This document shows positions 44,570-53,541 of a stretch of 55,925 bases of DNA, piece after piece (position 1 is the stretch's first letter; every line of letters starts with the position of its first letter). The stretch is from a virus (Duplodnaviria; Caudoviricetes). The notes beneath the pieces are model-generated. The model was not told where the DNA came from, ran no database searches, and saw only the letters and a program-made list of their open reading frames with translations. Both the position numbers and the translations under genes were made by a program. The stretch is from the IMG/VR virus record IMGVR_UViG_3300042465_000494, positions 1-55,925 of that record, one strand, 5' to 3'.

Positions 44570-45187
44570 TCAATTCCCCCTTTTGGTTAGCATTGCGCTG
44601 GCGATCTCCAGCATAAATTTTACTTGTTGGATGTCCTGCGGCGGCTCTGCCCAGCCGACTGTGATCTGCCCAACAAAGCGGTGGGAGTCAGGCGGTACGC
44701 TGACCCGGCAGGTAAATGTCACCCCTTTTTCCAGATACCACAGACCTACCTCCGACTGCGCGTAGCGGTACTCCGAGCACGGGATCTCGTTGGTCATCAG
44801 CTTAATGACATCGGCATTGTTGGCCGAATTTTGGCTGAACAGCCCCACGTCAATGTCCTCGATGCTCTTGTCCCGGCCATCCTTCGTGTACGCCTTGTAC
44901 AGCACCCTGCTGCCAAAGAGCGGGTTCACCTTGAAGATAGCCACCACGTTGGCCCCAGTCTTCTTGAACAGCATGGCGCTGGCGTCGTCGGCTCGGCTGG
45001 TGTTGATCTCTGGCAGCTTCTTAGACTCCTTGTAGGCGTCCCTCATGAACTCTTGGTTCTGCCAGAGGAAGTACCCGGCAAAGGCCACCACACCCATAAG
45101 GAGGATGGCAAACAGCTTGAACGGCGAGTCCACATACCCGAGCACTTTGTCGAGGGTTGTGTTGGCATTCAGCTTCTCGTCGCTCAT
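44570..45187 (-). CDS. Single-TM protein with periplasmic Cys-containing domain (possibly T4 holin T-like)
   Basis: N-terminal TM, then C...TCRVSVPP...GQITVGW GAF-like pattern; in the lysis cassette. Confidence 0.5.
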   Translation of the reverse strand: MSDEKLNANTTLDKVLGYVDSPFKLFAILLMGVVAFAGYFLWQNQEFMRDAYKESKKLPEINTSRADDASAMLFKKTGANVVAIFKVNPLFGSRVLYKAYTKDGRDKSIEDIDVGLFSQNSANNADVIKLMTNEIPCSEYRYAQSEVGLWYLEKGVTFTCRVSVPPDSHRFVGQITVGWAEPPQDIQQVKFMLEIASAMLTKRGN

Positions 45188-45630
45188 CGGATGTACTTGA
45201 TATAGATGACAAGGCCGTAGGTCAGCAGTGCTGCCAAAATTACGGAGGCAACGCCTATGGCGATGTACTCGGTCAACTGAGCCATCCGCTCTGCTCTGCG
45301 AATCCTCTCGCGCTTGGCCGCTTCTGCGGCTTCCCTGCGCTTACGGGCAGCAGCAGCTTGGAACTTCTGCCAGTCGCCCCACATGCCCGGACGGCCAGCG
45401 TAGACCATGCGTTCGCGCAGCTCTTCTTCTTGCTGCTTGAGTTGCTCCAGCGCCATGAACTCAGCAAGGTCAGAGCCGCCACCTTTCTTGGTGGCCTCTT
45501 CTTGAATCTTGGCTTTGTTGTCGAAGTAGTCGAAAACCCGTGAGCCGAGCTGATGCAGCTCCTTGCCGTTTGCCAGAGCGCCTTTTATTACTGCAAAGGC
45601 CGCATTGGCGGCGGCAATTTCGGCAATCAT
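45184..45630 (-). CDS. Coiled-coil protein with C-terminal TM, 148 aa
   Basis: Coupled ORF in the lysis region. Confidence 0.7.
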   Translation of the reverse strand: MIAEIAAANAAFAVIKGALANGKELHQLGSRVFDYFDNKAKIQEEATKKGGGSDLAEFMALEQLKQQEEELRERMVYAGRPGMWGDWQKFQAAAARKRREAAEAAKRERIRRAERMAQLTEYIAIGVASVILAALLTYGLVIYIKYIR

Positions 45631-45719
45631 CGAACTACCTCAACAAACACTTTGGCGCACCAAACGATGAGCCCTATGAGAAGGGCGGCAGCTATGAGGC
45701 TGACGGCCCAATCTCTCAT
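45627..45719 (-). CDS. Tiny membrane peptide, 30 aa (MRDWAVSLIAAALLIGLIVWCAKVFVEVVR)
   Basis: Hand-translated; fills the gap with an ATGA overlap. Confidence 0.5.
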   Translation of the reverse strand: MRDWAVSLIAAALLIGLIVWCAKVFVEVVR

Positions 45720-45721
45720 GA

Positions 45722-45937
45722 TCAAAATCCTAGCAACTTCTTCACAAACTCGGCTGCAACGCCGGGGCCAAGCAAAACCAAAACGATGACCGCATACAGC
45801 AGGTACTCGATCTTGGTCATGCGCTTAGAACCTTCGTCAAACCGAGCCTGAATGCCTTCGTACCGTTGAGCACAAACGGCCTCGTGGACACTTAGGCGCT
45901 TATCAGTCTCAGTAGCGAGTTCGTGAACTTCTGACAT
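45722..45937 (-). CDS. Small coiled-coil plus TM protein, 71 aa
   Basis: RLSVHEAVCAQRY..I motif and C-terminal TM. Confidence 0.7.
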   Translation of the reverse strand: MSEVHELATETDKRLSVHEAVCAQRYEGIQARFDEGSKRMTKIEYLLYAVIVLVLLGPGVAAEFVKKLLGF

Positions 45938-45939
45938 GC

Positions 45940-46191
45940 TTATTCCTCAATAGCCTCGATGCCCATAGCTTTTTCGCCTGCTTGCGCAAATTGCTCTCGC
46001 AGTGACTCTTTGAGCAGGTTGAAGAACGTGTCACGGCCAACAGAAAGCTGGTCAAGGTTGAAACGCGCCGATGCAACTTTGCGCTCGAGATCAACAACGT
46101 GATCCAGAAGAGCTTTTTGCTGGTCGTTCAACTTCTCGATGTCGTACTCGACTCCATCAATCATGAGTTGGGGTTTTGTGTTGTTACCCAT
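45940..46191 (-). CDS. Small coiled-coil hypothetical protein, 83 aa
   Basis: IDGVEY....L...Q motif; AAGGA RBS. Confidence 0.7.
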   Translation of the reverse strand: MGNNTKPQLMIDGVEYDIEKLNDQQKALLDHVVDLERKVASARFNLDQLSVGRDTFFNLLKESLREQFAQAGEKAMGIEAIEE

Positions 46192-46238
46192 TTCATTTCC
46201 TTTTTTGTGCCGTCATCGAAGGCTGACGGCTTGCCTTT

Positions 46239-46562
46239 TTATTCTTGCTGCTCTGAGGCTTGCGCGGCCCACGGAAGGCCGCTGGCAATCGTTGCAACAT
46301 GCTCATCAAGGTCGGCAACACGTTTTGTCAGTGTGGCTTCCACATTGGCCGTCTCTGGAGAGGCTTTGACCCATGCCAATACCTGCCCCTCTGTGAGCTG
46401 CTCAAACGGCGTGAAAGACTCTGCGCGGGAGACGGAAACCGCCCCACGCATCTGGGCCTCGGTGCTGCCGTTCACTGCAACAGCTTCCCAGCCGACACGG
46501 TTTACAAGACCGTCGCTGACGTTGCGCAGCATGTTGGTTATTTTCCAAGTAATAGTAGTCAT
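46239..46562 (-). CDS. Putative tail-fibre-associated/chaperone protein, 107 aa
   Basis: TW.I...F.PF..LTE..VL.WV...G.PW; directly after the fibre gene. Confidence 0.65.
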   Translation of the reverse strand: MTTITWKITNMLRNVSDGLVNRVGWEAVAVNGSTEAQMRGAVSVSRAESFTPFEQLTEGQVLAWVKASPETANVEATLTKRVADLDEHVATIASGLPWAAQASEQQE

Positions 46563-46575
46563 GGAGTTTCTCTAT

Positions 46576-49500
46576 TTAGCTCAGGCGATACAAAACAAAG
46601 GTGTTTGCCGCAGTGCGTCGAATTCTAAATTGGGCTGAATCTCCAGTGTCAATCGTCAAACCTCCAAGACTTGTCACGCCTGTATTGACAGCCATCGTAA
46701 TGGTTCCAGAAGCTGTGTTGATGATGGTGAAGTCGTAAGCCATGTCAACACTCACCCACGCAACCAAAGTTTCCAAGGTGGTCCCAAGGGGCATCGTCAC
46801 CGTATAGCTTGTGCCAGTGGTGTTGATGATGTGCGCTTGGATGTTTGCGTTTGTCAGTGTTGCAGTGGTGCTGATGGATGCAGGGGTTGGCTGGGCTATA
46901 ACGAATTGTTCATTGATCGAGATAGTGCCCAGTGCGCCAGCTACAGCAGAGCCAATGTTGATGTTGGTGATTGAGCCAGAAACACCAGCAGTACCAATAT
47001 CGACTGTCTTGGTCGTGCCACTGGTGGTTGCGCCCCCCGCAAGACTCAGTGTTTGTGCGCCAGTGGAGCGGCCCAATGTAATCGTGCCAGTTCCAGCAGT
47101 TCCGCCCATGGTCATCGTGCCAGAGGATTGAGAAGTCCCGAGCGAAATGTTTGTGGTTGTGCCTGAAAGCGTGAAAGTGCTGGAGAAAGTGGTTGAACCG
47201 CTAAATGTCTGCGTGCCACTGAGCAATGCCAGAGTGCCAGAGGCGTTTGGAAAGGTAAATGTACGAGTTGTTCCTGTGGCAATAGTAGCCGAATCAAACG
47301 CTGCGACCTTGGTGGGGTCGGTGTTGTCAACTATTTTGAACTCGCTATCGTAGAACGACAACCCGCCAGTGCTGCGCAGCGTAAGAGCGTTGTCTGCGTT
47401 CAAGGTCAAACTTGAAAACACTGTCGAAGCCCATGTTCCTTTCAACAACAGTCCAGTGCTTCCGTTACCAATCAACACATCGCCATCGGCTGCTGTAGTT
47501 TCTGCGGCCAAAGAGCCGCCAATTACAGTCGCGCTGCTTGTGGCGCTTGGCAAATTTGTGCCAGCAGCAAAGCCGATGCAAATGTTTGCGCCGCCAATTG
47601 TTTTGTTAGATAGAAGGCCTGCGCCAGTTCCAATAAAAATGTTGTCGTTTCCGATGGTTGTTGGTGAGGAAACGGCTGTAAGCTTTCCTGCTTCGTATCC
47701 AATAATTATGTTGTCGTCACCAATAGTGGCGGCATCACCGTTTGCCAGAATAGTCCCGGCATAACCTCCCAAGCAAGTATTTGCGTTGCCTATGGTTGCA
47801 GAAAATGCTGTGTTGGTTGAAGCATTACCAGAAAATGCACCGACAAAAGTATTGGAGTTTGAATGAGATACTGAGCCACCTGCCGATGCGTCAGCAAAAC
47901 CCGCATACGCGCCAATGGCTGTCATGTAAGCGCCACCGGAATACGAGTTAAGGCTGAGTCCGGTTGATGCGGCAAAATTACCTATTGCCGTAACGAATGT
48001 ACCAGTGTTGATGTTGGAAGTATTACCAGTGCCTGCAATTCCAACAAATACAGAAGCATTTACGGGTTCGTGTAAAAAAGAAAACCCGTTAACCCCGTCG
48101 GTGCGTGTTTTGATAAAAAAATTCGCCTCTCCAGTAACGTCTGTATCTGTATCAGTCCAGTTGATATATCCCGCAAGATATGGCCCCGCATAAGTTCCAG
48201 CATTGTTTGAAGATGTGTAAGCGTCTATGGAAACTGAAGCAGGGGCAACATAAGCCCCTGTTGGGGCGTTGTAGACTGCAAAACCATTCTCTCCTTGTTG
48301 AGAGCTATTTGCAGAGCAAATGCCCCACAATTGAACCGAAGAGTTCTGTTGGGCAATAGTGTCGGTTGGCCCAATGGAAATGTTGGTAATGCCTGATCCG
48401 GTAGCGCCAGTACCAATGTTGATGGTTTTAGTTGCAGATGTGTTGACGCCAGTGCCAATCTCAATCGTTTGAGCGCCTGTAGAGCGACCAAGCGTAATCG
48501 TGCCAGTCTGCGCCGTTCCGCCAAGGGTCAAAGTGCCCGAAGTCTGCGAAGTGCCAATCGAAATGTTGGTAGTCGTACCAGACATCGTGACTGTGCTGCT
48601 AAAAGTCGTTGCGGCAGAAAAGGTCTGCGTAGTGCCGAGAACAGCAACCGTGTCCGTGACGTTTGGCAAAGTCAACGTGCGGTTAGCGGACAAGGTAGTG
48701 GGCGTAAGGGACACAGCATAAGAGCTAGTGCCGCCTCCTCTACCCGCCAAGACAACGGCGTCTTGTGTTGCAGCAGCCTCCGAACGTACAGCGCTGGCTG
48801 CACGGAAGGTCTGAGCCGCTGTAAAGGTCTGCGCAGTGCCAAGAACCGCCACCGTACCCGAAGGAATTGTGACATCGCCGTCAGGCAAGGTAATTGTGCG
48901 GTTAGCGGTCAACGTGGTTGGCGTCAGGGTAACGGCAAACGAACCAGTTCCCCCTGCCCGTCCTGCAAGCACAATCGCGTCTTGCGTCGCCGCCGCCTCT
49001 GAGCGCACGGCGTTTGCTGCGCGAAATGTCTGCGCGGCAGTGAAGGTTTGTGCCGTACCAAGAACCGCAACCGTGCCAGACGGAATTGTCACATCTCCAT
49101 CAGGCAGCGTAATGGTACGGTTGGCGGTTAATGTGGTTGGGGTTAACGTCACAGCAAAAGAGCCCGTGCCTCCTGCGCGACCTGCAAGCACAATGGCATC
49201 TTGAGTTGCAGCGGCTTCAGAGCGGACTGCATTGGCTGCTCGGAATGTTTGTGCAAAAGTAAAGGTCTGCGCAAGGCCCAACCCCGCCAGCGTTTGGCTG
49301 GTGGAGGGAAAGGTCATTGTGGTGGCGTCAGTACCAGTTAACGCAATGCTGTTGTTGATTGTCAGCGTCTTGCTTGCCGCGCCAAAAGCCAATGTTCCGC
49401 TGTTGGTGTTGATGGTCAACGTTCTGGCTGCGTTGTTGACGCCAGTGCCGCCGTATGTCGGGCTGATAATAGACCCTTGCCATGTACCCGTTCCGATGGT

Positions 49501-50748
49501 TCCCACGCTGGTAAGCGATGAGCTTACAACTGCTGTGCCAAGAGTCGTGGCGCTCAACACGTCCACGCCGTTGATCTGGTATGTATCGCCTGTCACCAAG
49601 GTCAGGCCAGTGGACTTAAACCGCGCAACCTCAGCCGCTGCCGCGCCTGCAATCATCAGCTTGATGACCAAGTCAAAATCTTCCGAAGTAGACGTCACAT
49701 CAGTTGTGATCGCTTCAATGGTTGCACCAACTTCAGTGTTGCCTGCGGAAGTCTCAGCGGCAAACTCCATACCCACACCAATGCCAGCCGCTGGAGTGCC
49801 AGAAGACTGACTGTCCAAGCGAATGGCCTGAGTCACCGTGTTGGTGGCAGCAGAGGTAAGCTGAACCGTGGGCTTGGCCGTAAAAGTGGCAGTGCCGTTG
49901 ACCGTTACGGTGTCTGCTGAGGCATCTCCAAGGGTTGTGTTGCCCGTGCTGGAAAGCGTAGTAAACGCGCCAGTGCTTGCTGTCGTAGCACCAATCGACA
50001 TGTTGTTGATCGTGCCTACGCCAGTCGAAGTAAGGGCAAGCGTTGGGGTGTTGCTTGCTGTCAGCGTAATAAGGTTGGTGTACGAAGTGCCGTTTACGTC
50101 ATAAGCGGCGAGGGCAAGTGTGTTGGTGTCTGCTTTTGCAGAGCGAAGTACCGTGCCAGTTACATAGGAAGCGGCTTGGGTAATGGTATCCGTGTCGGCA
50201 TTGCCAAAAACCATGTTGCCCGTGGTGGTCAGGTCAGTAAAGGTCACCGCTGTGTTTTGCAGCGCCACTTGGAACCACGCCATACCTGTTGTGCCAAGCG
50301 TGTCGGTTGACTTAAACGTTGTCGCAAACTGTTCGCCGCCATTTGCCGATCCAGACTGAACAGTGATGATTCGCCCAGCAATTTCAGCAGAACTGTTGGC
50401 ATCAATCGAGCGAGTCCATGCGCCTGCCGAGGCAACATACAGACCGTTGTTTTGGCTCAAAGTTTGATCCTTGACCAGCACACGGTTACCAGCAACAACA
50501 GACACGCCGTCAATTGTTTGTGCGCCAGACAAGGTAATGTTGGCAGTAGTAGCCACCAACGCAGCAGAGACCGACACCGAGCTACCCGAAGCAAGCACCT
50601 GAACAGCGCCACCGCTGTCCTTGTAGTACAAGACGCCGTCAGCGGTGTTGATTGCCAACTCACCGTTTGCCAAGTCGGCTGCAAGTGGCACGTTGCCACC
50701 CGTGGTGCTGAAGTAGATCTGGATGGGGGTGAAGCCTGACTGTGCCAT
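46576..50748 (-). CDS. Tail fibre protein, 1390 aa
   Basis: Mtd-N-like anchor (P....L..GELAIN.ADG.LY.K), ATTANITLSG.QTIDG..RVLVKDQ domain, T/A/G-rich repeats. Confidence 0.88.
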   Translation of the reverse strand: MAQSGFTPIQIYFSTTGGNVPLAADLANGELAINTADGVLYYKDSGGAVQVLASGSSVSVSAALVATTANITLSGAQTIDGVSVVAGNRVLVKDQTLSQNNGLYVASAGAWTRSIDANSSAEIAGRIITVQSGSANGGEQFATTFKSTDTLGTTGMAWFQVALQNTAVTFTDLTTTGNMVFGNADTDTITQAASYVTGTVLRSAKADTNTLALAAYDVNGTSYTNLITLTASNTPTLALTSTGVGTINNMSIGATTASTGAFTTLSSTGNTTLGDASADTVTVNGTATFTAKPTVQLTSAATNTVTQAIRLDSQSSGTPAAGIGVGMEFAAETSAGNTEVGATIEAITTDVTSTSEDFDLVIKLMIAGAAAAEVARFKSTGLTLVTGDTYQINGVDVLSATTLGTAVVSSSLTSVGTIGTGTWQGSIISPTYGGTGVNNAARTLTINTNSGTLAFGAASKTLTINNSIALTGTDATTMTFPSTSQTLAGLGLAQTFTFAQTFRAANAVRSEAAATQDAIVLAGRAGGTGSFAVTLTPTTLTANRTITLPDGDVTIPSGTVAVLGTAQTFTAAQTFRAANAVRSEAAATQDAIVLAGRAGGTGSFAVTLTPTTLTANRTITLPDGDVTIPSGTVAVLGTAQTFTAAQTFRAASAVRSEAAATQDAVVLAGRGGGTSSYAVSLTPTTLSANRTLTLPNVTDTVAVLGTTQTFSAATTFSSTVTMSGTTTNISIGTSQTSGTLTLGGTAQTGTITLGRSTGAQTIEIGTGVNTSATKTINIGTGATGSGITNISIGPTDTIAQQNSSVQLWGICSANSSQQGENGFAVYNAPTGAYVAPASVSIDAYTSSNNAGTYAGPYLAGYINWTDTDTDVTGEANFFIKTRTDGVNGFSFLHEPVNASVFVGIAGTGNTSNINTGTFVTAIGNFAASTGLSLNSYSGGAYMTAIGAYAGFADASAGGSVSHSNSNTFVGAFSGNASTNTAFSATIGNANTCLGGYAGTILANGDAATIGDDNIIIGYEAGKLTAVSSPTTIGNDNIFIGTGAGLLSNKTIGGANICIGFAAGTNLPSATSSATVIGGSLAAETTAADGDVLIGNGSTGLLLKGTWASTVFSSLTLNADNALTLRSTGGLSFYDSEFKIVDNTDPTKVAAFDSATIATGTTRTFTFPNASGTLALLSGTQTFSGSTTFSSTFTLSGTTTNISLGTSQSSGTMTMGGTAGTGTITLGRSTGAQTLSLAGGATTSGTTKTVDIGTAGVSGSITNINIGSAVAGALGTISINEQFVIAQPTPASISTTATLTNANIQAHIINTTGTSYTVTMPLGTTLETLVAWVSVDMAYDFTIINTASGTITMAVNTGVTSLGGLTIDTGDSAQFRIRRTAANTFVLYRLS
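48620..49272 (-). repeat. Three tandem repeats of about 73 aa (219 nt) in the tail fibre
   Basis: AQTFRAANAVRSEAAATQDAIVLAGRAGGTGSFAVTLTPTTLTANRTITLP occurs twice, plus one diverged copy. Confidence 0.9.
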
Positions 50749-50763
50749 GTTCTGTCCTTAAAT

Positions 50764-51039
50764 TTATGGGGTGATGACCTTGCCGCCATACGCTGGTGAC
50801 TGGTCTTCTACGCCGTCCAAAGCCAAATCTGGCCGTGGAAATCTGATGGTAATTTTCTCTGTTTTTCGCGCAGGAAGTCGATATGGATCAAAGTTATCTG
50901 CGCAGCCTTGCCCACAGACAAGCAAGCCGGGGAAGTTGGGGTCGTTTCGTGACTCTGCGTGTGGGCGCTTCATCTTGCACCTGTCACACACAAAGATCGC
51001 TATGTCCGACATCCCTGTGGTGTCAAGGAATCTTGGCAT
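50764..51039 (-). CDS. Small Cys-rich (zinc-finger-like) protein, 91 aa
   Basis: CDRC...GLLVC...C.D..DP...RP motif; GAGG RBS. Confidence 0.7.
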   Translation of the reverse strand: MPRFLDTTGMSDIAIFVCDRCKMKRPHAESRNDPNFPGLLVCGQGCADNFDPYRLPARKTEKITIRFPRPDLALDGVEDQSPAYGGKVITP

Positions 51040-51043
51040 GATG

Positions 51044-52114
51044 TCACCTCGTGTAGACGCTGATGTTCGGGGCGTAGTAGATGGGCGACTTGTCCCGCTC
51101 TTCTTGCTCGGCAAGGTTGAAGGCTTTTTCGCCCTGAGCCTCCAAGTACAAGATGCGCTGCATGTCCACACCGGGCAGCTCAAGGGCCATCTGGTGCGCC
51201 AGCATCGCTTGGATGGCGTACTGCCACCGCTGGGGGATCTCAAGCTCGTCGGTCAGAGAACCAACGTCCATGATCTGGCGTGAATACCACACGGTCATCT
51301 GGACAAACGGATCTGAAGGCACGGGCCACAGGTAGATCGTTGCTTGCGGGATGGTGCGGTCAAACCAATACTGGAACGGCTGGTTGGCCGTGAAATTCTT
51401 GTTGGGCAGGTTGGTGTAGTCGTCTCGGTTCAGACGAGCCATGGTGATTTCCGTGGCGTTGTTGCCGAAGTACAGCTCCCGCACGCTCAAGGTGTTGCCG
51501 CCAGTCTCCCGCATGCGGTAATACTGGGTGTTTGCGCCCGTCTCAATGTCGTACCAGAGCCACTCACCGTCCACCCAAGCGGTCACGCCGGGGGCGTAGA
51601 GGGATGTCCATGTCGCGCCGTCGTCAGACACCTCAAAAACCACGTTAAACGAGCCTGTGACCCCCGGCAAGACGCCAATCGAGCCGACATAGACCGTGTT
51701 GTCAGTGCCGTAGTTGACCCCAATGTTGCCGTTCGGGGCGTTTTGCACGCACTCGGTGTCAATGTCGCTGTCAAATGCGTTTGCAGCCACGCCAGACGAG
51801 GCTGTGTAGCCTCCAGTCGATGAGGGCGTAGGGCGGTTCATACGGCGATACAGGGCCTGCAACACATCGTTCCCGCCTATGGGTAGGTCGTAGACGTACT
51901 TGTCGGGCTGGATGCCGTAGACCTTTTTGCTGATGCACCAGTATTGAATCCCCATGTTGATGAGGTTAGACAACAGGTAATACAGCGACTCTCGTGCAGA
52001 GATCTGTTGCTCAGAAGTCAGTTCCTCGGCAAGCTTGCCTGCTCGACGAGCGCCGTGGTCAATGTATGTTTGGACATTGATGACTGTTGTTCCGACTGTT
52101 CCTGAGTACGCCAT
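51044..52114 (-). CDS. Tail tubular/adaptor protein with inserted discoidin-like domain, 356 aa
   Basis: A..SL..LL..L.N.G...W N-part; Y..LPNK..P.Q.W.DR...LWPVP C-part; insert with AFD.D..T, SDDG..W, YYR. Confidence 0.72.
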   Translation of the reverse strand: MAYSGTVGTTVINVQTYIDHGARRAGKLAEELTSEQQISARESLYYLLSNLINMGIQYWCISKKVYGIQPDKYVYDLPIGGNDVLQALYRRMNRPTPSSTGGYTASSGVAANAFDSDIDTECVQNAPNGNIGVNYGTDNTVYVGSIGVLPGVTGSFNVVFEVSDDGATWTSLYAPGVTAWVDGEWLWYDIETGANTQYYRMRETGGNTLSVRELYFGNNATEITMARLNRDDYTNLPNKNFTANQPFQYWFDRTIPQATIYLWPVPSDPFVQMTVWYSRQIMDVGSLTDELEIPQRWQYAIQAMLAHQMALELPGVDMQRILYLEAQGEKAFNLAEQEERDKSPIYYAPNISVYTR

Positions 52115-52126
52115 GGTTTTTCCTTG

Positions 52127-52540
52127 TCAGCATTTCCACCTGTTGAGCGCCGCTGCTTTACGGGTTGGTTTGCCTTTTTCGTCTTTCATTGGCCCCGGCA
52201 TACCCTCCATGCGTGCGCAAAACGAGTCCTTGCGTGCGCCGCCTTGCGGCTGAGGGGCTTTCAGGTTGCTTCCCGTTGCGGCATTGTATTTTGCTCTGCC
52301 CTTGGCTGTAAGGCCAGCACCTTTTTCGACTGGCAACTTTTCACCGCGACCAACAGCAAGCGACACATTGCCGCCACTCTTAAATTTTTTCTCCAACATC
52401 ATCTTGTCAACCATTTTTAACCGCTGGGGTTTGGTCGTTACATCGTTGATGATTTTTAACCGCTCAGGCTGGCTTTTAGACATATCATAAAAACCAGCAA
52501 TCTTCAAAGATTTAGCTATGGGTGATGTTTTTTTTGGCAT
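52127..52540 (-). CDS. Small basic virion-module protein, 137 aa
   Basis: GLTAKGRAKYN...LKAP...SFCARM...W.C motif. Confidence 0.7.
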   Translation of the reverse strand: MPKKTSPIAKSLKIAGFYDMSKSQPERLKIINDVTTKPQRLKMVDKMMLEKKFKSGGNVSLAVGRGEKLPVEKGAGLTAKGRAKYNAATGSNLKAPQPQGGARKDSFCARMEGMPGPMKDEKGKPTRKAAALNRWKC

Positions 52541-52542
52541 GA

Positions 52543-52779
52543 TCAGGCTCTGTATTTGGCGGTCTTCGCAGCAATTTTTTTGGGCTGGGCTACAAATTGT
52601 TTTCCTGCGGCTTTTCCTGCGCGTTTGGCTTTGGTCGTCGCAGCGTACTCAGCAGAGCTAAGACTTTTGATCGCAGCTTTTGGTAGGTATCGCTCACCAG
52701 TGTCAGAAGATTTTTTGCCACTTTTGGTTGTCCAATCTTGTTTGCCCCAATCGCTCAGGGATTTTTGAGGAGCTTTCAT
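52543..52779 (-). CDS. Small basic protein, 78 aa
   Basis: SL..W.KQ.W.TKSGK.S..TGERYLP motif. Confidence 0.7.
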   Translation of the reverse strand: MKAPQKSLSDWGKQDWTTKSGKKSSDTGERYLPKAAIKSLSSAEYAATTKAKRAGKAAGKQFVAQPKKIAAKTAKYRA

Positions 52780-52780
52780 G

Positions 52781-53086
52781 TCAGTCCCTGTACCCGCCGC
52801 CAGCGGCCTTGTACTTCTTTGCCACGAGTTGGGCCTTGCGAGCTGACCATTCGCCTGCTCCAGTTCCCTGCGTTGCAGCGGACTTAACTTGGCTCACGAT
52901 CCGCTTGCGCAGCTCGGGCTTGGTGTAGTTGCCAGCAGCATTCACGCCACCACCATCAGCCATGCGCTTGTCAGCACGAACAAACTCCTTCCCAACCTTG
53001 GTCGGTATCCCAACCTTTTTGGCGAACGACGGGTTGTGCGCAACCGCTTCCATCAATTTGTGTTGGGCTGGTGATTTGCTTGGCAT
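52781..53086 (-). CDS. Small basic protein, 101 aa (two-part)
   Basis: MPSKS..QH..M.AVAH part and NYTKP...WSARKAQ...GGGY part. Confidence 0.7.
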   Translation of the reverse strand: MPSKSPAQHKLMEAVAHNPSFAKKVGIPTKVGKEFVRADKRMADGGGVNAAGNYTKPELRKRIVSQVKSAATQGTGAGEWSARKAQLVAKKYKAAGGGYRD

Positions 53087-53088
53087 GA

Positions 53089-53493
53089 TTAACCGTAAGA
53101 TTTAACCATCTCAAGGACGATGGTGTAGAAGTCACCCGCAGAAGCATCAGCAGTGCTGAACAAAACATCACCAGTTACGCCAGTGCCTGCGTTGTTAGTC
53201 AAACCGCCGAACTTTTCAAAATCCATCGTGTATTCAGAATTTTGTGGCACACACCAGCAAAATACATCTGTGGTTGCATCCCAATAAATCTGTACTTCCA
53301 AACCATGCGTTGCGGAATAAATCTTTGTAATAGTTACACCAGTGCAGGCTAAACCAGATGCACTTGATGTCAAAGCAGAAACATCCACTTTCAGAACTTT
53401 GCTTTCACCAGTACCGTCAGAAAGGTTGGTGAATTTCATGATTGCCATTCGCTCACCATCAAAGAGCGTTTGACTTGCAACTGCATCAGCCAT
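53089..53493 (-). CDS. Structural-module hypothetical protein, 134 aa
   Basis: GGAG RBS; beta-rich. Confidence 0.7.
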   Translation of the reverse strand: MADAVASQTLFDGERMAIMKFTNLSDGTGESKVLKVDVSALTSSASGLACTGVTITKIYSATHGLEVQIYWDATTDVFCWCVPQNSEYTMDFEKFGGLTNNAGTGVTGDVLFSTADASAGDFYTIVLEMVKSYG

Positions 53494-53509
53494 TTTTAAT
53501 TCTCCAAAT

Positions 53510-53531
53510 AAAAAGCAGGGGCCGAAGCCCC
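53510..53531 (-). terminator. Rho-independent terminator (GGGGC-TTCG-GCCCC plus T-tract)
   Basis: UUCG tetraloop hairpin followed by TGCTTTTT on the minus strand. Confidence 0.7.
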
Positions 53532-53541
53532 CACCTTGGTT

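Noticed and set aside
46576-50748. Diversity-generating retroelement suggested by the Mtd-like N-terminus
   Set aside because: No reverse transcriptase and no TR/VR pair differing at adenines; repeat differences are synonymous and involve all bases
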